Below, in pieces: positions 54,482-64,000 of a stretch of DNA of 64,000 nt. The stretch is from positions 16,148 to 80,147 of the forward strand of contig CAZSCX010000001.1 in assembly GCA_964605545.1 (NCBI GenBank), written 5' to 3'. This stretch comes from an uncultured Gammaproteobacteria bacterium. GTDB taxonomy: Bacteria > Patescibacteriota > Microgenomatia > UBA12405. Numbering within the stretch: the first letter of the stretch is position 1; every line of letters starts with the position of its first letter. A program made the position numbers and the translations under genes. The notes under the pieces were generated by a model that saw nothing but the letters and a program-made list of their open reading frames with translations, ran no database searches and was not told the DNA's origin.

Positions 54482-55147
54482 ATGTCCGGTCATTCAAAAT
54501 GGAATAATATAAAGAATAGAAAGGGAGCTCAAGATAAAAAAAGAAGCGAATTATTTACAAAAGCTTCTCGTAATATCTTGACAGCGCTGAGAACCGGTAG
54601 TGGTTTAGAAACGGCGATTCAAAAAGCTAAAGAAGTTAATATGCCAAAGGAAAATATTGATAGGTTGATTAATCGTTTTAATGAGAGAAAGGATAATTTA
54701 GTCAATTTTTATCTTGAGGGTTATGCGCCTTTTTCGATACCTTTGATGATTGAAGTAGAAACGGACAATAGAAATAGGGTTCTAGGAGAAATTAAATTGA
54801 TATTTAAAGAAAATGACGGAATATTTGGTGAAAATGGCAGTACTTCTTTTTTATTTGATAGGGTGGGGGAGATTGAGTGTGAGGTTTTGACGGAGGAGCG
54901 GGAATTGGAATTAATCGATAAGGGAGCAATTGATTTTGAAGATAATTATGTATTTTGTCAGGTTGAAGATCTTAATAAATTGGAAGAGGCGATGGGAATA
55001 AAAGGGGAGATTGTGATGAAATCAAAGTCCCCAATTGTTTTGGATGAAGAGAAGACCGAAAAAGTATTGGACTTTATTTCTAAATTGGAGGAAAATGATG
55101 ATGTGATTAATGTTTTTGCAGGATTAGATTATGCCAAGGAGATTTAG
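54482..55147 (+). CDS. yebC: YebC/PmpR-family DNA-binding transcriptional regulator
   Basis: MSGHSKWNNIKNRKGAQDKKRSELFTKASRNILTA. Confidence 0.85.
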   Translation: MSGHSKWNNIKNRKGAQDKKRSELFTKASRNILTALRTGSGLETAIQKAKEVNMPKENIDRLINRFNERKDNLVNFYLEGYAPFSIPLMIEVETDNRNRVLGEIKLIFKENDGIFGENGSTSFLFDRVGEIECEVLTEERELELIDKGAIDFEDNYVFCQVEDLNKLEEAMGIKGEIVMKSKSPIVLDEEKTEKVLDFISKLEENDDVINVFAGLDYAKEI

Positions 55148-55916
55148 ATTTCTTTTGGTATCAATTTTGTCGGCAATTTTGTTTTTGATATTTATTGCAA
55201 TTCCCTACGAGTGGCGTTATTGGGCGTTAGCAATGGATGTTTTTCTATTGGTAGTTTTGGTTTGGTGGGGTTTAATGATGAAAAAAGGCATGCCTCTTCT
55301 TTTGCGATTGATGACTGTATTTTTACCAATAGGATTTTTTATTGGCTATGGATTGTTTGTAGCGATTATTCCATATAATTTTATTGCTGGATTGATAGAA
55401 AGTATTTTTTTTGGAACAGTAGTTTATATAATTTTTTTGGTACAAAACGTTTTTTTGTTTGCCGTGGGATACAAAACAGTACCTTTGTATCGAGCAGCTT
55501 ATACCATGGGGTCGATTTTAATGTTGCTAACAACCTTCTTTTTGTTTGATAGTTTGTTTTCTTTTAATTTGAACTATTGGTTAAATATGATTTTTGTGTT
55601 TGTAATTTGTATGTTGATTTTTGCCTATCATTTTTTCAGTGTGTCAATAGAGTTGCCCGATGATGGTAAGAATTTGGATATTAGATCGTATATTATGGTA
55701 CCGGCGTTCATTATGTCTCAATTGGCGTTGGTCTTTTCTTTTTGGCCGGTGGGAATATTTAAAGGTTCAATCTATTTGACAGCGATTATTTATATAATTG
55801 CTGGATTGATTCAATCAGACATAAGAGGAAGATTATTTAGAAGAACGATATTATCTTTTTTGTGGATTGGAGTAGCGGTAGTCTTGGGAATTATTTTGAT
55901 GACTGGATGGCGGTGA
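55131..55916 (+). CDS. hypothetical polytopic membrane protein
   Basis: About 8 hydrophobic helices. Confidence 0.35.
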   Translation: MPRRFRFLLVSILSAILFLIFIAIPYEWRYWALAMDVFLLVVLVWWGLMMKKGMPLLLRLMTVFLPIGFFIGYGLFVAIIPYNFIAGLIESIFFGTVVYIIFLVQNVFLFAVGYKTVPLYRAAYTMGSILMLLTTFFLFDSLFSFNLNYWLNMIFVFVICMLIFAYHFFSVSIELPDDGKNLDIRSYIMVPAFIMSQLALVFSFWPVGIFKGSIYLTAIIYIIAGLIQSDIRGRLFRRTILSFLWIGVAVVLGIILMTGWR

Positions 55917-56811
55917 GGGCGGCGTTAATAGCAATTTCTTCGGCAGTACAACCTCGGGAAAGATCATTGACCGGTTTTTCTAGACCCTGTAAAAGTGGTC
56001 CTACGGCAATATTGTGTCCAAATCTTGAAGCTAGTTTATAGCCAATATTACCTGAATTTAAGTCAGGAAATATTAAGATATTGGCTTCGCCTTTTAAAGG
56101 ACTATCAGGACATTTAATTTTGCTGACTTCGGGTGAGATAGCGGCATCCAATTGTATTTCACCGTCGGCAATAATGTCCGGATGAGATTGTTTGAATAGG
56201 GAAGTAGCTAATTGTATTTTTTCGACTGTCGGACCGTGGCCGGAATTTCTAGTAGAATATGAAAGAAAGGCTATTTTTGGTTCCTGCCCCACTATTTGTT
56301 TGTAAGATAATGCCGAATCATAGGCAATATCAGCCAATAAAGAAGCATCAGGATCAATATTTAAGCCACAATCGGCAAAAATAAATGTTTTATCTTCTCT
56401 TAAAATGATAAAGAAACTGGAAACCAAATGGTTGGTAGTGTGTTTGAGAATTTGAAGAGCGGGTCTTAAAAGTTTAACCGATGGGGAAGAAGCGGCTCCA
56501 ACTAGACCGTCGGCAAAACCCTGTTTCACTAACATGACACCAAAATAGAAAGGATCTTCAATGAGTTTCAAGGCCTCTTCTTCGGTTAACCCTTTTTCTT
56601 TTCTAATTAAATATAAATCGTGGGCGAGGGAAGTTTTGAAGCTAGAATCATTATATTTATCGTATTTTTCCAACAATATTACATTACATATTTTATGATG
56701 GGTGAGGAGAGCGGTAGCGTCTTGGACCCGAGGATCATTTCCTTCTAAAATGATTATTGATTTTCCAAGCGGCTTAGCTTTGGTAAAAATAGCATTTTCT
56801 AATTTCAACAT
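55891..56811 (-). CDS. pta: phosphate acetyl/butyryltransferase
   Basis: ILEGNDPRVQDA, GLVGAASSPS, KIAFLSYSTRNSGHGP and NDLSRGCTAEEIAINAALTAI. Confidence 0.8.
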   Translation of the reverse strand: MLKLENAIFTKAKPLGKSIIILEGNDPRVQDATALLTHHKICNVILLEKYDKYNDSSFKTSLAHDLYLIRKEKGLTEEEALKLIEDPFYFGVMLVKQGFADGLVGAASSPSVKLLRPALQILKHTTNHLVSSFFIILREDKTFIFADCGLNIDPDASLLADIAYDSALSYKQIVGQEPKIAFLSYSTRNSGHGPTVEKIQLATSLFKQSHPDIIADGEIQLDAAISPEVSKIKCPDSPLKGEANILIFPDLNSGNIGYKLASRFGHNIAVGPLLQGLEKPVNDLSRGCTAEEIAINAALTAIQSSK

Positions 56812-57419
56812 ATATAAATTTTACCAGGGATACTAGCAATGGGGAAGGGGAAACGCCAATATTTTCACGAATTATAGGATAATTTTCACATAAAGTTATA
56901 GGATAGGTGATATAGAATGATATAGTCTGTGTGGAAAACTATCAAACCGACGAATACATCACCGGAGTACCCTAGAGGAGGGGTGGATAGTACAGTAATT
57001 AGTAAACAAAAAATAGTAATTAGTAGATATAAAATAGTATAAATATGCTTATAAATAGGCAATATTCCCTTTTGGGTAGGCAAGCTAATTTACCATGTCG
57101 CACAATGTATCTTTTGCGACCTTTCGGTTCAGAGAGCCCTCCCCCCTGCCAAAAAATATGTTTTTCTAAAACAAAATTTTATTTCTTTTTTTTAATTTTT
57201 ATTTTTTAATTAAAGTATTTATATATGACCAATTACTCTATTTGTCACCCGGATCAGGCCTGGATTGGTTTTGGGTTCAAAGACCCCTCTTGACCCCCCA
57301 CTGACTCCCCTAATGTCTTGGATAACTTAGTATAAAGTCAAAAAATGCCGTAAAATAGGCAAGACTTCATGTAAGCCTCTAAAACGAATGAAAGCTGTTT
57401 TTGCTTGATATAATGAAGC

Positions 57420-58349
57420 ATGGATATGAATTTAACTGTCCTTATTGATAAATTCCTGGTATTTTTAGAGCTAGAACACAACTGTTCAAAATTAACGATT
57501 AGAAATTATCGTCATTATCTTGACGTCTTAATTGATTTTTTGTCAGACAATGGTAAGCGAGAAATTTCTATAAATGATATTACGTCGGATTCGATAGCGG
57601 AGTTTAGATTAAGTTTAAAAACTAAAGGAATGAAAATTGTAACTCAAGGATATTATATAATTGCTTTGCGTTCGTTTTTGAAGTGGTTGAGAAGAAAAGA
57701 TATTAAAGCAATGGATCCGGAAAAACTAGATGTACCAAAAGTAAAAGACCATAGTTTAAAATTTTTGGATTTGGAGCAAATGCATAGATTGTTAAATCAG
57801 CCGATTTTGTCTTCAAAAACAGGTTTGCGAGATAAAGCGATTTTGGAATTATTGTTTTCAACCGGATTGCGGGTATCGGAATTGATTGGTTTAAATCGAG
57901 ATCAGATTAATTTAAAAACGAGAGAGTTTGGGGTTATTGGTAAAGGGGGCAGGTCAAGGGTTGTTTTTATTTCTACCGAGGCGGCCAAATACCTTGATCA
58001 ATATCTTGTAACCCGATCGGATCATTTCAAGCCTTTGTTTATAAATATGAAAAGTGAAAAAAGTATTACGGCAGATGATAAGAAAGTAAGATTGACAGCT
58101 AGATCAGTTCAAAGATTGGTAAAAAGTTATGTCGCAAAAGCTAAGTTACCGGTAAAAGCAACACCTCATACCCTACGTCATTCAATGGCAACTGATTTGT
58201 TACGTGAAGGTGCTGATATTAGATCGGTTCAAGAAATTTTGGGACATAAAAATATCGCCACAACGCAGATTTATACTCATGTGACCGATGCAAGATTAAG
58301 AGAAATACACGAAAAATTTCATGCTGGTAATAAAAAAGATGGTGTGTAA
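57420..58349 (+). CDS. xerC: tyrosine site-specific recombinase (XerC/XerD-like)
   Basis: N-terminal SAM-like core-binding domain. Catalytic R..HxxR..Y contexts: LRVSE, HTLRHSMATDLLREGADIRSVQEILGHKNIATTQIYTHV. Confidence 0.8.
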   Translation: MDMNLTVLIDKFLVFLELEHNCSKLTIRNYRHYLDVLIDFLSDNGKREISINDITSDSIAEFRLSLKTKGMKIVTQGYYIIALRSFLKWLRRKDIKAMDPEKLDVPKVKDHSLKFLDLEQMHRLLNQPILSSKTGLRDKAILELLFSTGLRVSELIGLNRDQINLKTREFGVIGKGGRSRVVFISTEAAKYLDQYLVTRSDHFKPLFINMKSEKSITADDKKVRLTARSVQRLVKSYVAKAKLPVKATPHTLRHSMATDLLREGADIRSVQEILGHKNIATTQIYTHVTDARLREIHEKFHAGNKKDGV

Positions 58350-58558
58350 TAAATATGGCCTATATCCAGCTCAATAATGATTAGTTTGTTCAAAGAATGT
58401 TTCCAGAGCTCAACTACCCTATTTTTGATGTTATTTATCCCCTATTTTAGGCCAATACTTAAATTTTAAGCCTTGTTAGCACTCATATAATTTGACTGCT
58501 AAACAACCCCAAGAGGATTATATAATCTTATAATATATAATATAAGCTTTTGACTCCC

Positions 58559-61162
58559 CTACCCTATATTTTTTACTTCGGTTTCAAGCATTTTTTCTAA
58601 GACAGTTAAAGCAGAGACTTTGTCATCACCGGTTTTAAATCGCATTAAAATTACACCTTTGGTGTTGCGAGATAAGAGAGGAACGTTTTTTATAGGTAAT
58701 TTTATAGTAATTGCTTTTTTGCTGACGAGAATAATTTGATCATGGTTTTCGGTGACCACTTGAGCTCCGGCAATTTTGCCTGTTTTATCTGTCAAAGCGG
58801 CGACTTTGACACCAATACCACCTCTTTTTTGGAGAGGATAGAGATAGACATTGCTACGTTTGCCGACGCCGTTTTCGGTTACGATCAGAAGATGCTGTTG
58901 GGACTTGGTAATTTCAGGAACGATACCCATACTGACCAGATAATCGTTGTCTTTTAGTAGGATGCCCCTAACTCCGCGAGTATGGCGGCCCATGGGGCGA
59001 CAATCAGCTTCATTGAAACGAATACATTTACCGTTGTGGGTGACGAGAAAGACCTGATCTGAACCTGAAGTAGATTTGGCAAAAATAAGGTGATCACCTT
59101 CATCAAGTTTAATAGCGGTTAAGCCAGTTTGACGGATGTTTTTGAATTTATCGATATTGGTTTTTTTGAGGGTACCGTTTTTGGTAGCCAAAATTATGAA
59201 TTTGGCTGGATTATCTTTGGATAGAGGTAAAGTGGCTTGAATGCTTTCACCTTGAATAATGTTGATTAAATTAACGACAGCTTGACCTTTGGCTTGACGA
59301 CTGCCTTCAGGAACATCCCATACCTTGGTTTTGAAGACACGGCCTTTATTGGTAAAGAAGAGCAAATCATCATGAGTATTAACGGAAAGAATAGATTCAA
59401 TTTCGTCCTCGATTTTTGTAGCCATGCCAACAACACCTTGACCACCGCGTTTTTGGGTATGATATGTGTCTTTAGGAACACGCTTGATATAACCGGTTTT
59501 GGTGATAGTAACCAAAGCGGCTTCGTTGGGTATTAAATCTTCATCAGAAAAGTCTTCTAAACCTTTGACATAAATTCTAGTTTTACGTTCATCGCCGTAT
59601 TTTTCGACAATTTCTTTATTTTCTTTTTTGATTACAGCAACCATTGAATTAGGATCGGTAATAATTTTAGTCAAAGCATCAATTTGTTTTTTGAGTTCAT
59701 TATATTCATCTTCAATTTTTTGACGTTCGAGAGCAGCGAGTTTTCGAAGTTGCATTTCCAAGATGGCGTTGGCTTGAAGATCGGTAAAATCAAATTTTTT
59801 GATTAAATTATCACGAGCATCGTCGGTACTTTTGGAAGCTTTAATTGTCTTGATAATTTCGTCAATTTTGTCTAGAGCTTTTTTGAGGCCTTCTAAAATA
59901 TGGGCGCGAAGTGAAGCTGATTTGAGATCAAAAATAGTTCTCTTGCGAATAATATCTTCACGATGCCGCAAAAAGAGTAATAACATTTGGCGTAAATTTA
60001 GGGTTTGAGGAATACCATTGACCAGGGCCAGCATGTTGGCAGAATAAGATGATTGTAGGGCAGTGTATTTATAAAGTTTATTAAGGATTGCTTTCGGTTT
60101 GCCTATTTTCTTGATTTCGACCACGATACGAATACCATGGCGATCTGATTCATCACGAAGATCGGAAATACCAATGATTTTTTTGTCTCGGACAAGATCG
60201 GCAATTTTGCTGACCAGTTCGGATTTATTGACTTGATAAGGCAATTCGGTGATGATAATTCTGACTTTACCGGATTTTGTTTCTTCAATATCGGCTTTAC
60301 CGCGGACATCAAATTTACCGCGGCCGGTTGTGTACATTTCGATAATACCTTTGCGTCCGTAAATTTCGCCTGAGGTTGGAAAATCAGGTCCTTTAACAAT
60401 TTTACAAAGATCTTCCACGGTAACAGTTGTTTCCAAAAGGAAATGAAGGTTTTCTAATTCACGAATAGGCAATAAGACTTTTTCGATAGTGCTGATATTT
60501 TTACTAAGAGGTTTAAGTTCAATTTCCGATTCGGCTTTTTCGAGATGTGTATTTTCCAGGGCTAAATCAATAGCTTCACTAATTTCCTTTAAATTGTGAG
60601 GTGGAATGCGGGTGGCCATACCAACAGCGATACCATCGGCGCCATTTAGGAGAAGATTGGGTATTTTGGCCGGGAGAATACTTGGTTCAACTTCACTGGC
60701 GTCAAAGTTTGGCATCATTATAACCGTTTCTTTATTAATATCAGAAACCATTTCAGCCGAAATTTTGTCCAGTTTGACTTCGGTGTAACGCATGGCAGCG
60801 GGTGGATCACCATCAATTGAACCAAAATTTCCCTGTCCTTTAACAAGTGGATAACGAAGAGAGAATTCTTGGGCCATACGAACCATAGCCATATAAACTG
60901 ACATATCACCATGAGGATGATATTTACCCAAAACTTCACCGACAACTTTGGCTGATTTAGTAGTTTTTCCAGTAGTTAAGCCCATATTGTTCATAGCGTA
61001 AATGATACGGCGATGAACTGGTTTTAAACCATCACGAACATCAGGAAGAGCGCGTTGAACTATAACGCTCATGGCATAATCCAAATAGGATTTTTCCATT
61101 TCTGGAACAATATCTACATTTAAAATTTTGCCGATAGTTTGAAAAGGTTTTTTGTCTACCAT
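58559..61162 (-). CDS. gyrA: DNA gyrase subunit A
   Basis: [50 protein letters not shown] (active-site Tyr region) and C-terminal beta-pinwheel repeats. Confidence 0.95.
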   Translation of the reverse strand: MVDKKPFQTIGKILNVDIVPEMEKSYLDYAMSVIVQRALPDVRDGLKPVHRRIIYAMNNMGLTTGKTTKSAKVVGEVLGKYHPHGDMSVYMAMVRMAQEFSLRYPLVKGQGNFGSIDGDPPAAMRYTEVKLDKISAEMVSDINKETVIMMPNFDASEVEPSILPAKIPNLLLNGADGIAVGMATRIPPHNLKEISEAIDLALENTHLEKAESEIELKPLSKNISTIEKVLLPIRELENLHFLLETTVTVEDLCKIVKGPDFPTSGEIYGRKGIIEMYTTGRGKFDVRGKADIEETKSGKVRIIITELPYQVNKSELVSKIADLVRDKKIIGISDLRDESDRHGIRIVVEIKKIGKPKAILNKLYKYTALQSSYSANMLALVNGIPQTLNLRQMLLLFLRHREDIIRKRTIFDLKSASLRAHILEGLKKALDKIDEIIKTIKASKSTDDARDNLIKKFDFTDLQANAILEMQLRKLAALERQKIEDEYNELKKQIDALTKIITDPNSMVAVIKKENKEIVEKYGDERKTRIYVKGLEDFSDEDLIPNEAALVTITKTGYIKRVPKDTYHTQKRGGQGVVGMATKIEDEIESILSVNTHDDLLFFTNKGRVFKTKVWDVPEGSRQAKGQAVVNLINIIQGESIQATLPLSKDNPAKFIILATKNGTLKKTNIDKFKNIRQTGLTAIKLDEGDHLIFAKSTSGSDQVFLVTHNGKCIRFNEADCRPMGRHTRGVRGILLKDNDYLVSMGIVPEITKSQQHLLIVTENGVGKRSNVYLYPLQKRGGIGVKVAALTDKTGKIAGAQVVTENHDQIILVSKKAITIKLPIKNVPLLSRNTKGVILMRFKTGDDKVSALTVLEKMLETEVKNIG

Positions 61163-61164
61163 AA

Positions 61165-63105
61165 TTAGATATCTAGTGTGGCTAGATGGGCGTGGGTTTG
61201 AATAAACTTTTTACGAGGAGGAACTTCTTCGCCCATTAAAACTCTAAAAACTTCATCAGCCTTGGCTGCGTCCTCGATGTTTATTTTTTTAAGGATTCTC
61301 GTATCAGGATTCATGGTGGTTTCCCAGAGTTGTTGAGGATTCATTTCACCTAAACCTTTATATCTTTGGATATCAAAACCTTTTGATAAGTCACATTGTT
61401 TGAGATAAGTATCTTTTTCTTCTTCGGTGTAAACATATTTGACTTCTTTACCGGTTTTTATTTTATAAAGCGGAGGCATTGCGAGATAAACATAACCTTT
61501 TTCAAGAGTAAATGGCATATGACGAAAGAGAAAAGTCAAAAGAAGAGTGGCAATATGGGCACCGTCAACATCGGCATCCGACATAATAATAATTCGATGA
61601 TATCGACACCTATCGATATTTAATGTATCACCTATTCCACTACCCAAGGCAATTATTAAGTCTTTGAGTTTATCGGATGAAACAATTTTATCGAGACGCA
61701 TACCTTCGGTGTTTAAGGCTTTACCCCAAAGAGGGAGGATGGCTTGGAAACGACGATCTCTCCCCTGTTTAGCGCTACCACCGGCGGAATCACCTTCGAC
61801 AATATAAATTTCTGATTCTTCGGGATTTTTACTTTGACAATCAGCCAATTTTCCGGGTAATCCGAGAGAATCAAAAAGGCCTTTACGCATGATAGCGTCT
61901 TTGGCGGCACGAGCGGCTTTACGAATTTGAATAGCCAGAAGAGATTTACCGACTATAACTTTGGCTACATCGGGATGTTCTTCAAAATACATTTCAAGTT
62001 GTTCTCGAACAATTTTTTGAACTATGGGTTGGACTTCGGAATTTCCTAATTTTCCCTTAGTTTGACCTTCGAATTGAAGATTTTTAGAAGACATTTTGAG
62101 TGAGACTACGGCGGTTAGACCCTCTCGGACGTCGTCTCCTGTGATGGTATCGTCTTTACCTTTGAGTAATTCTTTTCTAATGGCATAATCTTTGATTACT
62201 TTAGTCAGAGAAATTTTGAAGCCGGTTAAATGAGTGCCACCTTCGGTGGTATTGATGATATTGACGTAAGATGGAGTATTTTCTTGGAAACTGTCGTTAT
62301 ATTGAATAGCGATTTCAACATCAACGCCCTCTTCGGCTCCATGAAGATAAATTGGTTCATGGACAACAACTTTATTTTTATTGATCTCCCGTAAAAGGGA
62401 AACTATTCCACCTTCAAAGTAGTAATGATGTTCAGTGTTAATGTTTTCATTGTAGTAATGAAAATAAATTTTGGACGTAAGATAGGCTCTATCTTTTAAA
62501 GATTTAACAATTATTTTAGGGTCAAATTCAACTGTTTCTTTAAAAATTTCTGGATCGGGAGAAAAGGTGGCAGTGGTACCAGTGAGATTTTTGGGAATAA
62601 TATTTTTGAGTAATTCAATTTTTGTTTCAGAAATTTCGGTTAATTTTGTTTTAACTTTTCCACGGCTAAAATCCATATAGTAGATTTTATTGTTGCGACG
62701 AACTTCGACTTGATAAAGTTTGGAAAGAGCGTTGACACAGGCGGCACCAACACCATGCAGACCACCGGAGACTTTATAGGCAGAGCCTTCAAATTTACCG
62801 CCGGAATGAAGAGTAGTCATAATGACTTCAATAGCGGGTTTTTTGTATTTAGGCATGATATCGATAGGAAAACCGCGACCATCATCGGCAACCGTAACAG
62901 AACCATCTTTTTGGACGATTACCCAAATGTTTTTGGCAAATCCGGCTAAAGCTTCGTCAATCGAATTATCGACAATTTCAGTGAGACAATGATGAAGTCC
63001 CCTAATATCAGTGGAGCCGATATACATGGCAGGACGTTTTCTGACGGGTTCTAAGCCCTCTAAAACGACGATTTGTTCACTAGTATAGGAATCACTTGGA
63101 GACAC
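61165..63105 (-). CDS. gyrB: DNA gyrase subunit B
   Basis: GHKL ATPase motifs ([26 protein letters not shown]) and Toprim motifs ([18 protein letters not shown]). Confidence 0.95.
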   Translation of the reverse strand: MSPSDSYTSEQIVVLEGLEPVRKRPAMYIGSTDIRGLHHCLTEIVDNSIDEALAGFAKNIWVIVQKDGSVTVADDGRGFPIDIMPKYKKPAIEVIMTTLHSGGKFEGSAYKVSGGLHGVGAACVNALSKLYQVEVRRNNKIYYMDFSRGKVKTKLTEISETKIELLKNIIPKNLTGTTATFSPDPEIFKETVEFDPKIIVKSLKDRAYLTSKIYFHYYNENINTEHHYYFEGGIVSLLREINKNKVVVHEPIYLHGAEEGVDVEIAIQYNDSFQENTPSYVNIINTTEGGTHLTGFKISLTKVIKDYAIRKELLKGKDDTITGDDVREGLTAVVSLKMSSKNLQFEGQTKGKLGNSEVQPIVQKIVREQLEMYFEEHPDVAKVIVGKSLLAIQIRKAARAAKDAIMRKGLFDSLGLPGKLADCQSKNPEESEIYIVEGDSAGGSAKQGRDRRFQAILPLWGKALNTEGMRLDKIVSSDKLKDLIIALGSGIGDTLNIDRCRYHRIIIMSDADVDGAHIATLLLTFLFRHMPFTLEKGYVYLAMPPLYKIKTGKEVKYVYTEEEKDTYLKQCDLSKGFDIQRYKGLGEMNPQQLWETTMNPDTRILKKINIEDAAKADEVFRVLMGEEVPPRKKFIQTHAHLATLDI

Positions 63106-63146
63106 AATTTATGATAACAGATTAAATTAGCTTTACAATAAGCAAA

Positions 63147-63680
63147 TTATGCGGTATTTTCCGCCAAAATATGGTAAGAAATTACCGAGGCGGCGACCAG
63201 GACATTAAGTGATTTATTTATCCCAAACATCGGGATTTCTACTATCTTATCAATGAGTTTTAGGGTGTCTTTTGAAATACCATTGACTTCAGAGCCCAAA
63301 ACCAAAGCCAGGGGGAATTTATATTTTGCTTTATTGTATGGAACACTTTTTTTGTCTTGTTCACAAGCAACTAAAAAATAACCATTTTGGTGTAATTTTT
63401 TAAGGCATTCTTGGGTATTTTCGAAATGTTCCCAGGGAACGAATTTCCAAGTGCCGATTGAAGCTCGATGAATTTTTATATTTGGTGGCGTGATAACTGG
63501 TCCGCAAAGGTATATTTTTTGGGCGCCGATGGCGTCGGCGAGACGGAAAAAACTACCGATATTGTAAGTATCCAAAACATTATCCAGTACAAGGACTATT
63601 TCTTGTTTTTTAACATTCTCCCCTATTTTTTTGGCTATGCCAAGTTTAGTTTTACGTAATTGATGCGAATTTAAGGGCAT
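63147..63680 (-). CDS. SpoU/TrmH-family RNA 2'-O-methyltransferase
   Basis: VLDNVLDTYNIGSFFRLADAIGAQKIYL and LVLGSEVNGIS SPOUT motifs. Confidence 0.75.
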   Translation of the reverse strand: MPLNSHQLRKTKLGIAKKIGENVKKQEIVLVLDNVLDTYNIGSFFRLADAIGAQKIYLCGPVITPPNIKIHRASIGTWKFVPWEHFENTQECLKKLHQNGYFLVACEQDKKSVPYNKAKYKFPLALVLGSEVNGISKDTLKLIDKIVEIPMFGINKSLNVLVAASVISYHILAENTA

Positions 63681-63682
63681 AC

Positions 63683-64000
63683 TTAGCAGCCGCCTTGAGA
63701 AGCGGTGCCGGTGTTGGTGGTTTCAATTTTGGTAGAACACTCTTTTGGTGCTTTTTTGAAACCAGCACAAAGGGCTTCTTTTTGAGCGTTAGGAGTACGG
63801 AATTCCGTTTGAGGAATAACAACTTTACCCAAAGTAACCGAACCTTTACCGTCTTGGGTATAGGCATCTTCCGGAGGAAAGTTAACATTGTTGACTAAAA
63901 CTGTCGGAGATCCCTGTACTTTATATTTATCGGTTAAGGCAATTTCTTCTTCGATTAGCTTAATACCGTCTTTATTAAAACATTCGGTAATTTTGGCGGT
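63683..64000 (-). CDS. thioredoxin-fold (DsbA-like) thiol-disulfide oxidoreductase, C-terminal part (N-terminus beyond window)
   Basis: Translating the minus strand gives ...ITECFNKDGIKLIEEEIALTDKYKVQGSPTVLVNN... This is a different frame from track ORF 63652..63888. Confidence 0.45.
   Translation of the reverse strand, partial: TAKITECFNKDGIKLIEEEIALTDKYKVQGSPTVLVNNVNFPPEDAYTQDGKGSVTLGKVVIPQTEFRTPNAQKEALCAGFKKAPKECSTKIETTNTGTASQGGC

Noticed and set aside
56812-57419. Possible oriC next to gyrB/gyrA (AT-rich spacer with DnaA-box-like 9-mers).
   Set aside because: The boxes all carry 1-2 mismatches, no dnaA/dnaN is adjacent (gyrB is preceded by trmH), and the spacer is more simply the xerC upstream region. 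Not enough evidence.
63652-63888. Track ORF (78 aa, minus) overlapping the end of the window.
   Set aside because: A different minus-strand frame gives a continuous thioredoxin/DsbA-like sequence (…KYKVQGSPTVLVNN…) running to the window edge; the track ORF is the wrong frame.
1-64000. Alternative genetic code (UGA = Gly as in some CPR/SR1/Gracilibacteria).
   Set aside because: Conserved genes terminate at TGA where expected (e.g. topA ends ...KKP-TGA), and long ORFs are intact under code 11.
1-64000. CRISPR arrays, transposases, IS elements, rRNA genes.
   Set aside because: No regularly spaced direct repeats, no DDE/HTH transposase ORFs and no rRNA-like conserved stretches were seen. Only two tRNAs were found in intergenic gaps.

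Overview
This is an AT-rich, gene-dense bacterial window read with the standard genetic code: TGA acts as a stop (for example at the end of topA), and TTG/GTG start codons occur. The compact operons, ribosomal proteins with extensions, missing pyrH/uppS/cdsA, and Gram-positive-type signals (LPXTG, a LytR-type domain) suggest a reduced-genome lineage such as CPR/Patescibacteria; that placement is an inference.

The housekeeping backbone comprises:
- topA
- rpsB-tsf-frr-rseP
- rpsU-yqeY-ybeY-dnaX-ybaB-recR
- cysS
- rpsF-ssb-rpsR
- ctpA and htrA
- prfA (truncated) and rpmE
- hisS and tRNA-His
- dnaB and tRNA-Leu
- rluA-family, yebC, pta, xerC-like recombinase, gyrA, gyrB, trmH-like
- a partial DsbA-like gene at the window end

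The main finding is a ~23.5 kb block of 17 co-directional genes (10633-34142). These encode secreted or anchored, often extremely cysteine-rich, proteins built from a shared toolkit:
- a conserved N-terminal membrane anchor followed by a Q-E-x-R-R-x-A-A motif
- cohesin-like beta-sandwich modules
- C-terminal dockerin-like double Ca-loop domains ending in ...WREEYLK
- one LPKTG sortase-anchored cohesin-like protein
- an embedded type IV pilin gene and pilin-like leaders
- a dockerin-tagged S8 protease
- an FG-GAP beta-propeller
- novel Cys-repeat modules

This looks like a cellulosome-style cohesin/dockerin surface assembly with no dockerin-bearing glycoside hydrolases. It is plausibly an adhesion or host-interaction apparatus.

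Secondary items include:
- a domain-1-less RF1 in frame behind rpmE
- a YbeY lacking its His triad
- a CYTH-uridine-kinase fusion
- an FtsK/HerA/VirD4-class ATPase next to an islet of small zinc-ribbon ORFs and GC-rich RNA-like structure
- a xerC-like gene flanked by short C-rich direct repeats
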